Source: Octopus sinensis (Eukaryota). Taken from it: DNA of 64,000 nt. The stretch lies in NCBI RefSeq assembly GCF_006345805.1, contig NC_043000.1, positions 91,078,001-91,142,000 of the forward strand, in the 5' to 3' direction. Below the pieces are notes generated by a model. It was given only the letters and a program-made list of their open reading frames with translations, was not told the DNA's origin and did no database searches. Positions within the stretch are counted from its first letter, which is position 1; the number at the start of each line of letters is the position of its first letter. This document shows positions 53,068-64,000 of this stretch, piece by piece. A program made the position numbers and the translations under genes.

Positions 53068-53689
53068 TACATATATGTCTATATACATATGTGTGCGTGT
53101 GTGGTGTTGTACTTACAAGTCATTAGTATTGAATAATTATTCTAGACGACAATTAGTATTAAATAATTCTAGACGACAATTCTACGTAATTTTACAGTCT
53201 TTTGCGTCATCACCTTTTGTTCGTATCCTTCTGAGCTTGATATTGCTTTGCATATTTAATTAGTCAGTAAAATATACGAAGAATGAAAAGTATCCAAACT
53301 AAATTAATCTTAAACCGAAATGAAAACAATATCACTTTTTAATGAAGGTATGGGTGTCCAATGCTGCAGAAGAATGGTAAATCTCCTTAGTGTATGCTCT
53401 ATACTTTAGGATCAGAATATGAAGGAGCCGTTAATGAGTTTCCGTAATGTCAACGGTTAATAAGTAGCAGATTATTATAGTTATCAGACCGCTAAATATG
53501 ATGTAGTCTTTCGTAGCATAAAATCCCTCCCTCAACTAAATCTTCACATTAAGATTCGTTATGTTTACTCATACGCAACGACGTATGTCATATACAGAGT
53601 GTATGAGCTAAATTTAACTGTTTGCATTAAAAGAAAAAAAACCCCACAATATCCCATCCTAAAATAAAGTATTTTAAAAATTAAGAAAA

Positions 53690-54475
53690 GAAAATTAACT
53701 AAATTATGACTGGGAGATAAAAGTTTGCTCTAAGCAGCCGCTTTCAGCTATCACCATGGCCTCAACACGGCTCCGGAACCTAGCACTGGCATTTGTCACT
53801 GTTGACCTTGGAAAGATCTTCGAAAACTTCCTTAATTTTGGCCGCCAGATTGGCTTAGTGTTTCAGACAAAGCGGTTGGTAGTTTTCTCAACCGTACGCC
53901 ACATACAGCCCCACCACATCCCAAGGGATTACAGTCCGTACAATTAGTAGGTCAGAACTTGGGGTTGTAGAAATTCTCCAACCACTTATGACTCCAGAGG
54001 TCTGGCAAGAAGCTGAATCCTACTGCCTAACATATAGCCTTCCAGAAGCAATCCTGTACAGCCAGGGTTTTACTACAGTCTACAGCAGCTCACATAATCG
54101 TCGAAATGGAGCTGAAGGCCCTTTTCAAAGATATGAGGCAACATGACGCTACTCTCCCTAGAAACGTCCGAAGACCGTCACAGTTTAAGGGAACATTGTT
54201 TTCATGATGGCCATGTCACTTCTTACAACCTTTACTGTATTCATAGAGCATTGAGTAGAAGTCATGTTGTCAGAATTTTGAATCATCATGATACAGGTAA
54301 CTTGCAGTATTCAGATGGCTTTCTCTCCTCCAAGTCAGCTACCTTTTTTCCCAACAACCACTTCACAGTTTATGCTCTCTAATACCATAAGCTGTTTGCC
54401 AGCACATCAAGTTGTTCCTGAAAATTAAAAAAAGAGAGACGTAAAAAGCCGTCAAATTTGGCCTGAACACAATGT
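53690..54475 (-). mobile_element. Decayed Tc1/mariner (DD37D-like) transposase remnant
   Basis: Minus strand retains DCNPL, VW.TVEKTTNR, KIKEVFEDL, ARFRSRVEAMVIAESG; a parallel family to 22650-23820. Confidence 0.65.
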
Positions 54476-54519
54476 ATCATGTGATGGAATATATAAAATT
54501 AAACTCAATTGTTTTGTTA

Positions 54520-55147
54520 CAGATATCAGCGGCGCCAAATTCCCTTGTCCACTGAATCCCCAACTGCACCAGCTCGTCCATGCGGTTTTAGGACTTCAGA
54601 CTAGAAGCTGATGCCGCTATGAATCTCACCACCGAGACAAGTGAAGCCGTCAACAACTTCGGGATTGTCACCCGCAACAGATACAGGCGAGTTGGAGTTC
54701 TCCATGAAGCCAACAAAGTACTAGATCTTTGTCTTCACCGAAGAAACTCTAAGACCAAGTCGTTCCGTTCCCTTACTCAGAGAAAAGAGAAACCTCTTAA
54801 GTCATCCAGGGAATTAGTAAGAGTAAATGCATCATTAGTAAAATCTAGCTCTGTAATCCTAGTTTCACTTATGAGTGCACCACAACGTGATCGAACCACC
54901 ATTCGGCCAAGTACCTAATCCATGCAGATAGTGAACATTGGGAGCTAAAGCAAAACTCAGAGGGATCTCAGATCTAACTGGGAAATAGTCAGATGTTGAG
55001 CCCCGAATCCGAACTGCACTGACAGCTCCACTGTACAAGACCATAATCAGCCCAATCAGTCGGGGAGATATACCTCGCAGCTCCAAAATCTTCCAAAGCA
55101 CATCCCTGTCCACCAAGTCAAACACCTTGTGGAGGTCGACATAAACA
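54520..55147 (-). mobile_element. RTE-clade LINE reverse transcriptase fragment (inverted)
   Basis: YVDLHKVFDLVDRDVLWKILELRGISPRLIGLIMVLYSG..SAVR, LAP, LDFTND (FADD-like), GLRVS..KTK, KGIWR. Confidence 0.85.
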
Positions 55148-55149
55148 GT

Positions 55150-55434
55150 TACTTGAATGATTTAGAAGTGCCAGCTCAGACTAATTGGTCATGTTGCTCG
55201 ATTTTCCGAGCTGGACCCTGCTTACCGTGTTCTCTTCCTTGGGGATCTGGCTGGGTTGACGGCTAGTATTGGACGACCACACACCACATGATCACGGCAG
55301 ATGAGGAGCTGCCTCATTGAGACAGGGACTAAACGGAACTCTTCGAAGAGTTGCCCGAGAGGACCTGGGAATATACCGATAAATGGTGAATGCAGCAACA
55401 CACTACAAAGGCGCATGTCTCCACACCTGGCCTG
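55150..55434 (+). mobile_element. RTE-clade LINE 3' end (sense orientation)
   Basis: QLRLIGHVARFSELDPAYRVL...IGRPHTT*SRQ, ending in CCACACCTGGCCTG. Confidence 0.75.
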
Positions 55435-56009
55435 CATTGTTTGAACTTCATCGCATTCTGTTTGTCAAGGAAGGTATATAAGAATCTTTTATTTAAATCA
55501 GATACAACATCTGGAGTATAAAACGACTGACGAGCGCCTAAAAGATTTAGAACATGTTCTGTGAGTTTTAAACCGAAATATTTCTACAAGCAAGACTAAT
55601 AAATGTTAATTGTAATAGATGAATAAGATTTGTTTCATTGAAATAAATAACATTTTCACAATTCTCTAAATAATTTCTCACAACAATACGTAAAATTTTG
55701 GAATATTATAATGAAGAAAAGTGGTGACTTTATCGGTTCCTTGGAATCATGGTTGAATTACAGTTAAGTAAAATTTCCATAATATATAATTCGAAAAGGT
55801 GGCATATAAAGGGTTTGGGGTGAAATACAGTAGCAGTAATATAAAGAAGGCATGTAGGTTTGTTCGATGTGGTTGGTTAAAGGAATTACACAATTGATAA
55901 GTTTGGAGTTTCAGAAAATACTGTGTTCGCAGAAAAGTATGCATTCCGGTTTTAAATGACCACTTAGACCTTAGGCGCATTTACCAGAGTTGGTTCAGTA
56001 CTTGGGGAA

Positions 56010-56230
56010 GGCGAACCACTTAGTAGTTATAGTGCTGCTCTCATGATCACAAGATTGTGGTTTCACGGACTGGGTAAATGGTTGTGTGTTCTTGAACAAA
56101 ATACTTCATTTCACGTTGTTCCAATCAGCTGAGCAGCAAATGAGTAACCCTACAACCGACTGGCGTTCCATACGAGGCAAATCTTGAGATTTCGGTCATT
56201 TATGAACCGAATTACCTGTTCTATGCATCT
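56010..56230 (+). mobile_element. Old SINE (family D head with a V-domain-like segment)
   Basis: GTGTTCTTGAACAAAATACTTCATTTCACGTTG...AAATGAGTAACCCTACAACCGACTGGCGTTCCAT. Confidence 0.55.
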
Positions 56231-56981
56231 TAGGAGACGAGAAAATACTTTTTTAATAGTAGACATTTAGGTAGGATCCTTTGTGACCCACTTCCCACCA
56301 TTTGTTCTACAGGCATTTGTTCAATTGTGCATGCAAGAGACTGGCTGCAATATTCTTCCCAGACTAAGAAGGCCATCAGATATTTAGGACATTACCCTTA
56401 ATCCTCTTATAATCCTGATCTCAGTCAACTGGAAAGCATCAACTGACGTTGCGAGTAAAGCGTAATGCTTTAGACTTACATATACAAATTATCTTCCTGT
56501 TATATACTGAGATAAATTGTGAAGTAATTTAAGGAGATTAAAGACTCTTCTTGTGTAAGAATTCAAAACCAAAGATTAAACAATATTCTTAAACATCAGC
56601 AGATATCTGTTGACAGGTGGGTAAAATCGTAGTTAATGTTTCAGATTCTTGAATGTTAAACTATAATTAAAAAGAAAATGTTTTGAAATTACACACGTCA
56701 TATTTTGGTCTTGGATATATTCTAAAAGGTTTAATCTAGAAAATGGACCACATTTCATAGAAGCACTGTTTCTTTCCGCACTTTGGCATTTTGAATGTCA
56801 GAAAAAAAAAATGGAAAGAAAGGGAGAGAGAGAGAGAGAAAGAGAGGGAGTGAGGGAGTGAGAGAGAGAGAGGGAGAGAAAGAAAGAGAGAAACAGACAG
56901 GTGAGTAAAGGAGAAGTTTATAAGTGTGATGGTGTGTGTGGGAGGTAAATAAAAAAGAATATGTGAAAAAGTATATATATA

Positions 56982-57035
<54 letters not shown>

Positions 57036-57175
57036 ATATATATAATATATATAATATATAATATATAATATATGATATATAATATATATAATATATATAT
57101 ATATACTTTCAAATATACATATATATGATCTTCTGTGTATGGTTGCATTGCTTCTTATTCTTAAATATATGCGTG

Positions 57176-57287
<112 letters not shown>

Positions 57288-57629
57288 CATGTAGCTATCT
57301 ATCTATCCATCTATCCATCCATTTGCGAAAATCTATATGTCTGTGTACATATCTGCATGTCCGATTCCTAGCATTCATAAACAAGCTTTCTATTTCTCAT
57401 GAAACAAATAGGGAAAATGAAAAAAAATGAAAATTAAAAAAAGCAAAAGAAAAAAAAACTCACCCAAATCTTCTTCATTCACCCAAGTAAATTTGTTTTG
57501 TTGTCCAGCCTCAAAGAAGAACGCGGAATGGTAATTAATGATTAATTCAATTATCCTCAAAAGAAATCAGGAATACCATTATCATCATTATTAATATTAT
57601 TATTATTATTGGTTTTGTTGCTGTTGTTG

Positions 57630-57660
<31 letters not shown>

Positions 57661-57935
57661 CATTATCACCCCATTTCATCATTTCATCATACAAATTCAT
57701 CCATCTTCATAGAATTTTTCCTTTAGCACTTTTGAGAAAGAAGCACAAGAAATTTTTTCTCGACTTGCTGCTTCCTATTGTTGTTTAAAAATTTAGGAAA
57801 TTTTTTTTTTCTCTCCCCATCACTTCCCGTCCTTTCTTTGCACACATCAACCCCACACACACCTGCCTAGAACAAAAAAAAATTAATAAAATAGAATAGA
57901 AGAAAAAAAATAAATGTAAATATACGAAAGTCTAA

Positions 57936-58001
<66 letters not shown>

Positions 58002-58269
58002 CAAGACACGACCATCAAGTGGATATTTTTTAGTAATTTAATTTTTTGTTTGTTTTTTGATAATTTCCGCCTCTTACCGTTGAGTTCTTTCTTTCTCCCT
58101 TTCTTTCCTTTTTGCTTTCTTTCTTTCTTCTCCCTCTCCAATTCAAAATCATCAGTATCATCATCATCATTTTCACCACAAGTGTCAACACCACCACCAC
58201 CACAATCTATAGCACCAATGCAAACACCAGTATCAATATAACCACCAAAACCGCCCTCCTCTTCCTACT

Positions 58270-58612
58270 CCTCCTCCTCATTATCATCATCATTATCGTC
58301 ATATCCAATCTGGGCTATCACTACGCCAATATCATTTAAATCAACCACTACCACCACTACACCATCATCATCATGATCATCGTTATGATCATGATCATTA
58401 TCATCGTCATTATCATCGCCACCGTCGTCATCATCATCGTCGTCGTCATCATCATCATCATCATCATCATCCTCATCGCCATTTTAATCTCGACTATCAC
58501 TGCCACCTCGATCAATGGCACCAGTGCAACCACCAGTACCAACCTCGCTGCCATCACCACCACTCTCACTCCCACACCACCATCATCATCATCACCATCA
58601 TCGTCATCACCA
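58270..58612. repeat. Degenerate (CAT)n/(CAC)n tract
   Basis: Directly visible. Confidence 0.9.
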
Positions 58613-59329
58613 TTCTTTCTTTCTTGGTTGTAGGATCCTATACAAAGGACGACTGTTGCCTTCAGGTGTGAAGTACATCTATTTTCGGCTTCCACTCCAC
58701 ACCACTCCAGTAATAATTCTATTTAATGTTTACACTAGATCTATAACAGTCATCACCATATTATACCCTTACCAAAAAATAAAAAAAAATTGAACATTTT
58801 GTTTGGTCGGGGGGAGGGTATTATCTCAACATCGTTCTGAACTATATCTCTAACATATTAAAGGCACTATGCTGTCTCATTCAACCTGCTGGAAATAACA
58901 ACAAAATCTATCCACAATCAAAGAAGGCAGCACTATACAATATAAACTCTGATATACTAAGATAGTGTTTTTTTTTAAATAAATTCTTTTATTCTTTTGG
59001 TTCTTTCAGTTATTTAACTGCGGCCATGCTGAAGCACCGCCTTAAAGGATTTTTTAGTCGAAGAAATTGATCCCAGGATTCATTTTTGTAAGCCTTGTAA
59101 TTATTCTGTTAGATCGCTTTTGCCGAAGCACTAAGTTAAGGGGACATAAACACACAAGCATCGGTTGTCAAGCGATGATGATGGAGGCCAATATATACAT
59201 ATATACACACACATATATATATATTCACACACATATATATATATATATGTACATATATATATCTAAATACATATATATATATATACATACATATACATAT
59301 ATATATATACATATACATACATATATATG

Positions 59330-59371
<42 letters not shown>

Positions 59372-59404
59372 TATACATATACATATGCATGTATATATGT
59401 ATAT

Positions 59405-59581
59405 AGGGGAGAATTCCCGAAAAAAAAAACACGAGAAGAAGACAGGTAGAAAACAAACAGATGTATTAGAATAACGCTCGGAATTGAAAAAGTTTTTCAA
59501 GTTTCGAGCCTACGCTCTTCGACAGAAAGGAACACAGAAGGAAACAAGGAGAGAAAAATATGTGTGTAGTGGCTAACGATC

Positions 59582-59582
<1 letters not shown>
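59405..59582 (-). mobile_element. Penelope pLTR-like fragment with hammerhead-like motif
   Basis: Minus strand CTGTCGA-A-GAGC-GTAG-GCTC-GAAAC (59525-59501) within a pyrimidine-rich block. Confidence 0.5.
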
Positions 59583-59659
<77 letters not shown>

Positions 59660-59665
<6 letters not shown>

Positions 59666-59889
59666 GTGGCAGAAAGGTTGCACTGATTTCAAATGTTGAT
59701 ATAAGACAAAGATGAAGATACATGAAAAAACTTTATATTTCTATGAAATTCATTAAATACCATTGTTCTTTTTCTGTTTCAGGAAGTATCCACCATGGCC
59801 TGGAGTGGAGAGCATTGCTCTTTTCTTGTATCTTTATGTGTCCGTTCTTTTATTAAACTTTCAAATCGGGGCAACCTTTCTGCACCCTG
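59660..59889 (+). mobile_element. Tc1/mariner-type MITE (~230 bp)
   Basis: TIRs TAGGGTG(TG)GCAGAAAGGTTGCACTGATTTCAAA / TTTCAAATCGGGGCAACCTTTCTGCACCCTG with TA flanks. Retains a transposase-like start MAWSGEHCSF. Confidence 0.8.
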
Positions 59890-60189
59890 TATATACGACG
59901 GCCTTCTTTCAGTTTCCGTCTACCAAATCGATTCACAAGATTTTGGTTGGCCCATGGCTAATAGTAGAAGACATTTCCTTAAGGTGGGACTGAACCCAGA
60001 ATCATGTGGCTAGAAAGCAAGCTTCTAACTACACAGCCACGCCTGAGTCTATGTCAACCATTTAAAAAAATAACTATGGCCCCATTTGATTCGTATTTTA
60101 CTTGTGGGGTAGAGTTCTCATAGTCATTCAATATTTTAAAAAATCCCATTAGAATTTAATGATACATATTATTCGGAATTTTATCTTTT

Positions 60190-60565
60190 ATTTGTTTCTG
60201 TCAAAAGACTGTACCCAAGCGGTGGCAACGCCTTAAAGAATTTTTTTGTCGAATGAATCGATCCCAGTACTTATGTTTTTAAAAGCATAGTACTCATTCT
60301 ATAGGTCTCTTTGACTGAATCTCTAAGTTACGGGGATGAAAACACACCAACACCTGCTTTGAAGCGGTGGCGGTGAACAAAACAGACACAATGACACACT
60401 CACATAATTGGCTTCTTAAAGTTTCCGTCACCAAATCTATTCACAAGGCTTTGGACGGCAGCCCTTGGTTATATTAGAAGACATTTGCTCAAGGTACCAT
60501 GCATTGAGACTGAAGCAGGAACCTTGTGGTTGGGAAGCAAACTACTTAACACACAGCTACATCTG
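60190..60565 (-). mobile_element. SINE family A, diverged
   Basis: GAATCGATCCCAGTACTTA, AAGTTACGGGGA, GTTTCCGTC.CCAAATC..TCACAAGGCTTTGG, GTGGTTGGGAAGCAAACT. Confidence 0.75.
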
Positions 60566-61094
60566 AGCTAGTATAAAATATTGTTAAAATATTTTTTGTA
60601 TCGCAGAAGTACAACCAATTTACGACGCATAGATTTTGATAACAGAATCTTGTATGGACCCCAAGAGACATATGAGACCCCAAGGGGTCCAATTGAGAGC
60701 CACTCTACTAAAGGATGATATTGACATGGCTGGTGTAAGTTCTATGGGGTCAGAGTAGGTTGGTACGAGACAACATCTACAACGACAACAATTTCATCAA
60801 CCATCACCAACATTGCAACAACCCTATTGATTATTTGTGAAGCAACCCTCTAATTCACTCTAGCACCATTTTGATTACACACCAGCTGGATCAGATCCGT
60901 CCTGGGTGTAAATACCAATACACGTCCGCTTAAAAATACCTCCTATTCTTTTATACTTTAAATGTCCATATTTACCTTTTCTTCAATCTTTTTTCTTGTT
61001 TATTGACATTTCTGCTAGACCTAGATTATATTTTAGTGGTAGACAAACCCCGACACACGCGCACGTGCGAACACACCCACACATATTTCAATTA

Positions 61095-61154
<60 letters not shown>

Positions 61155-61559
61155 TAATATAAACAACAGTTTGCAATGTTTCACCAAAATGGAGAATTAT
61201 AATTGTCACTAAATGTGACTAGGGTGTTTATTAAGAAACACTTACATTGCTAGAAATAAGAGCTAAACCACCCTGATGCCGTAGTTAAAGCACATGAATG
61301 AAAACATCCACTAGCAGGGACCAAATACATGTATGGAAACTTTTGTGGTTTAATACGGAGTTGGTCCAACTTCGACATCGACCAGAGTTTTAACGCGTGT
61401 TAAGAATTGACTCACGGGTTCCAAATGGTTGTTAGTTGTATTTCGAGCTATTCTTCAACTAAAACCTACTGTAGCTTTTTTCAGAGAGGGTGGTGGAGGG
61501 AAGCATCTTTAACATTTGTTGCTCTAAAATGTAGCTTAAATGTTCTGTTATATTAGATT

Positions 61560-61740
61560 CAGATTTTGACACATAGTCAGCAGTTTTTGAGGGAGCCCAA
61601 TACTTGACTGGCACTTATTTCATCGATCCCGAAAGGATGAAAGTCGACCTCGGCGGAATTTAAATACAGAAGGTCAAGACGGACGAAATGCCGCTATACA
61701 TTTTCCTGTGTGCTAACGAATCTGGCAGCTTACCGCCTTT
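61560..61740 (-). mobile_element. SINE family B
   Basis: CGAAAGGATGAAAGTCGACCTCGGCGGAATTT...GACGGACGAAATGCCGCT...CAGCTTACCGCCT. Confidence 0.8.
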
Positions 61741-62264
61741 AAATATTCGGTTATATTAAGATCCGGTAGGTGATTGCAGAGGCTAATCCAATTGGTTTAC
61801 ATCACTTATGTGCTCCTTCCATCAATTTTGAATTAACATTAGCAACGTGAATTAGCATATTACCATCCTAGGAAAGTGTACAATCATCAGGATACAATCT
61901 TTATTTAATAGGATGAACGTAATCTTCAAAATAGATAATCCTTCGCATCAACACTGCTATGTAGAACAACAAAAGAGTGGATTCCGTAATAAAGCTGTCC
62001 AAATCCTCAATGAATCACTTCCTGGTGCGGCAAACTATCAGTGTTTAAAGCTTATTTTGACTGTTTCCGCTCATAAACCCACTCTGAAGTGGGAAAAAGC
62101 GTGAATGATAATTCATTAGAGAAGGTAGTCCAGTTCCACTGAGCTACTGGCCACTTCTGGTAGTCAACATAGGATTATCACTTATCAGTGTTGATGAGGA
62201 ATAGGGTAGACTTAGTAAATTGAACCCTCCCAAGGTATCCAGATTTTTCGTGCTCAGAATTTTT

Positions 62265-62567
62265 GTTTGCTCCTTCTCGAGCCATGCCTGGCTCATAAGG
62301 GCCGGTTTCCCGGTTTCCTTGGTGTATAGGTTCCCCACCTGGACGGGACGCCGGTCCGTCGCAGGTGAGCTGCAAGATGCAGGAGGAAAGAGTGAGAGAA
62401 AGTTATGGTGAACGAGTTATGGTGAATTTCGCCAATACCTTCTGCCGGAGCCGCGTGGAGCTTAGGTGTTTCGCTCATAAACACACACATTGCCCGGTCT
62501 GAGATTAGAACCCGCGATCCATCGACCGTGAATCCGCTGTTCTAACCACTAGGCCATGTGCCTCCAT
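62265..62567 (-). mobile_element. SINE family C, tail type 3 (V-domain-like)
   Basis: Same head as 16784; tail CCTGCGACGGACCGGCGTCCCGTCCAGGTGGGG...GAAACCGGGAAACCGGCCC..ATGAGCC. Confidence 0.85.
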
Positions 62568-62847
62568 ACCGAGCTCAGAATGGTTTTCCTTGACACATTG
62601 TTGACAAGGTGGTGGTTTAGCTCTGCTGCCATTGTGGCTGTCGTTCTTCAATACTTTCAGTCACCATCTTGTACTACGTCTCTGTGAGTTTTGCCTACCG
62701 TGCAGAATTACACTGACCTAATGTGGTTTAACTTCGTTTTGGAATGCCAACATGATTTCAGAGATTAGTTTTCGAAATATTAAGAAATTCAGTAGTTGTA
62801 GTAAGTGAAGCTTCAGTCGTCTGCGCTCCGACAATTTGTCATCTTCG

Positions 62848-62978
62848 GTCGGCGAGGTCGACTTTGCCCTTCATCCGTTCAGGGTCGATAAATTAAGTAC
62901 CAGTTGCTTACTGGAGTCGATCTAATCGACTGCTCTTCCCACAAAATTTCCGGCCTTGTGTCTAGAGTAGAAAAGAAA
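62848..62978 (+). mobile_element. SINE family B, core plus tail
   Basis: CGAGGTCGACTTTGCCCTTCATCC...GTCGATAAATTAAGTACCAG...CCTTGTGTCTAGAGTAGAAAAGA. Confidence 0.85.
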
Positions 62979-63172
62979 AGAATTTGTCCTCTTCAGAAAT
63001 GAGATATATTATGGATTGTAATAATATTGCCAATACTATAAATGAAAGAAAAGAAGCAGAGCCTGTAACATGACGCACAAGGCAAATATACCAACATAGT
63101 GCATATGTATACATATATACAGACAAGAACAACATTGAATTTGTTATATTGTCAACGGAAAAAATACATAGG

Positions 63173-63356
<184 letters not shown>

Positions 63357-63378
63357 GCAACATATATGTTTCTAGCTA

Positions 63379-63941
63379 TTGGGTTGTCCGGAAAGTTAGT
63401 GCCGATTTATAGTAGCTTACCTTTCGACTTATTTTAGAACATGGTTGAGTCCATAAAATAGGATTTTACTACACCTCCATATAGAGCACAGTTTAAGCTA
63501 TCTTTTCTGAAAGAAGATTTATGTTCATGTAACGTGTTAATTCTGTAACCCTTTAAAATGGAAGATAAGAAAGTTCATTTTCGGCACTCGATGCTTTGGG
63601 AACCAGACAAAAATTGTTGCCGCTCGGCTGGGATGTATTACTCCATCCTCCATATTCACCAGATATTGCTCCTTCGGATTTCCACTTATTCAGGTCTCTG
63701 CAGAATAGTCTTAATGGTAACAATTTCAATTCCTTGGATGACGTAAAAAGATACCCTGATGAATTCTTTGCTATGAAACCACCTCAATTCTGGGAAGAGG
63801 GTATTTTCAAGTTAAAGGAAAGATGGAGACGCAATGTGCAACAAAATGGTTCATATTTGGTTGATTAAAAATGTAATGGCAAATATTTATTGACCTTTTT
63901 CTTGCCTTTAAAAATCGGCACGAACTTTCCGGACAACCCAA
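63379..63941 (+). mobile_element. Internally deleted mariner (DD34D) element, 563 bp
   Basis: 30-bp TIRs TTGGGTTGTCCGGAAAGTTAGTGCCGATTT / AAATCGGCACGAACTTTCCGGACAACCCAA (1 mismatch), TA on both sides. N-terminal MEDKKVHFRH joined to C-terminal WDVLLHPPYSPDIAPSDFHLFRSL...GIFKLKERW...NGSY. Confidence 0.95.
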
Positions 63942-64000
63942 TATATCCATCAGTCTCTATATGTATGTTTATGCGTATCCATCATTACCTCCCTCCGTCT

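Larger units (their letters stand above)
58990..60048 (-). mobile_element. SINE family A split by nested insertions (3' half about 58990-59190; 5' half about 59892-60048)
   Basis: Both halves are colinear with 45813-46207; the internal linker is expanded to ~700 bp. Confidence 0.75.

Noticed and set aside
53123-53183. ~30-bp tandem duplication (TAGTATT.AATAATT..CTAGACGACAATT)
   Set aside because: Two copies only; ordinary slippage duplication.

Overview
AT-rich, microsatellite-saturated animal genomic DNA. The SINE families and repeat landscape look like an Octopus/cephalopod assembly (inference), with a 100-N scaffold gap at 16384-16483. No complete host gene is visible, and almost all ORFs in the track are translations of (TA)n, (GATA)n, (AAT)n or (GAT)n repeats. 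Recognisable content: (1) a nearly full-length but disrupted CR1-type LINE ORF2 (28.6-31.6 kb); (2) four R4/Dong-type RLE retrotransposon copies, three abutting (TAA)n tracts and three stacked in tandem; (3) an RTE LINE with an inverted 5' part; (4) Tc1/mariner relics and MITEs, hAT MITEs and a Helitron-like element; (5) about 30 copies of four modular tRNA-derived SINE families; (6) one orphan ankyrin-repeat exon. The most notable hidden signal is a set of Penelope-type hammerhead ribozyme motifs. One is structurally intact (22303-22406), several are variant or decayed, and a retrozyme-like repeat family carries a non-canonical core. All calls are from reading the sequence by eye; boundaries of decayed elements are approximate.
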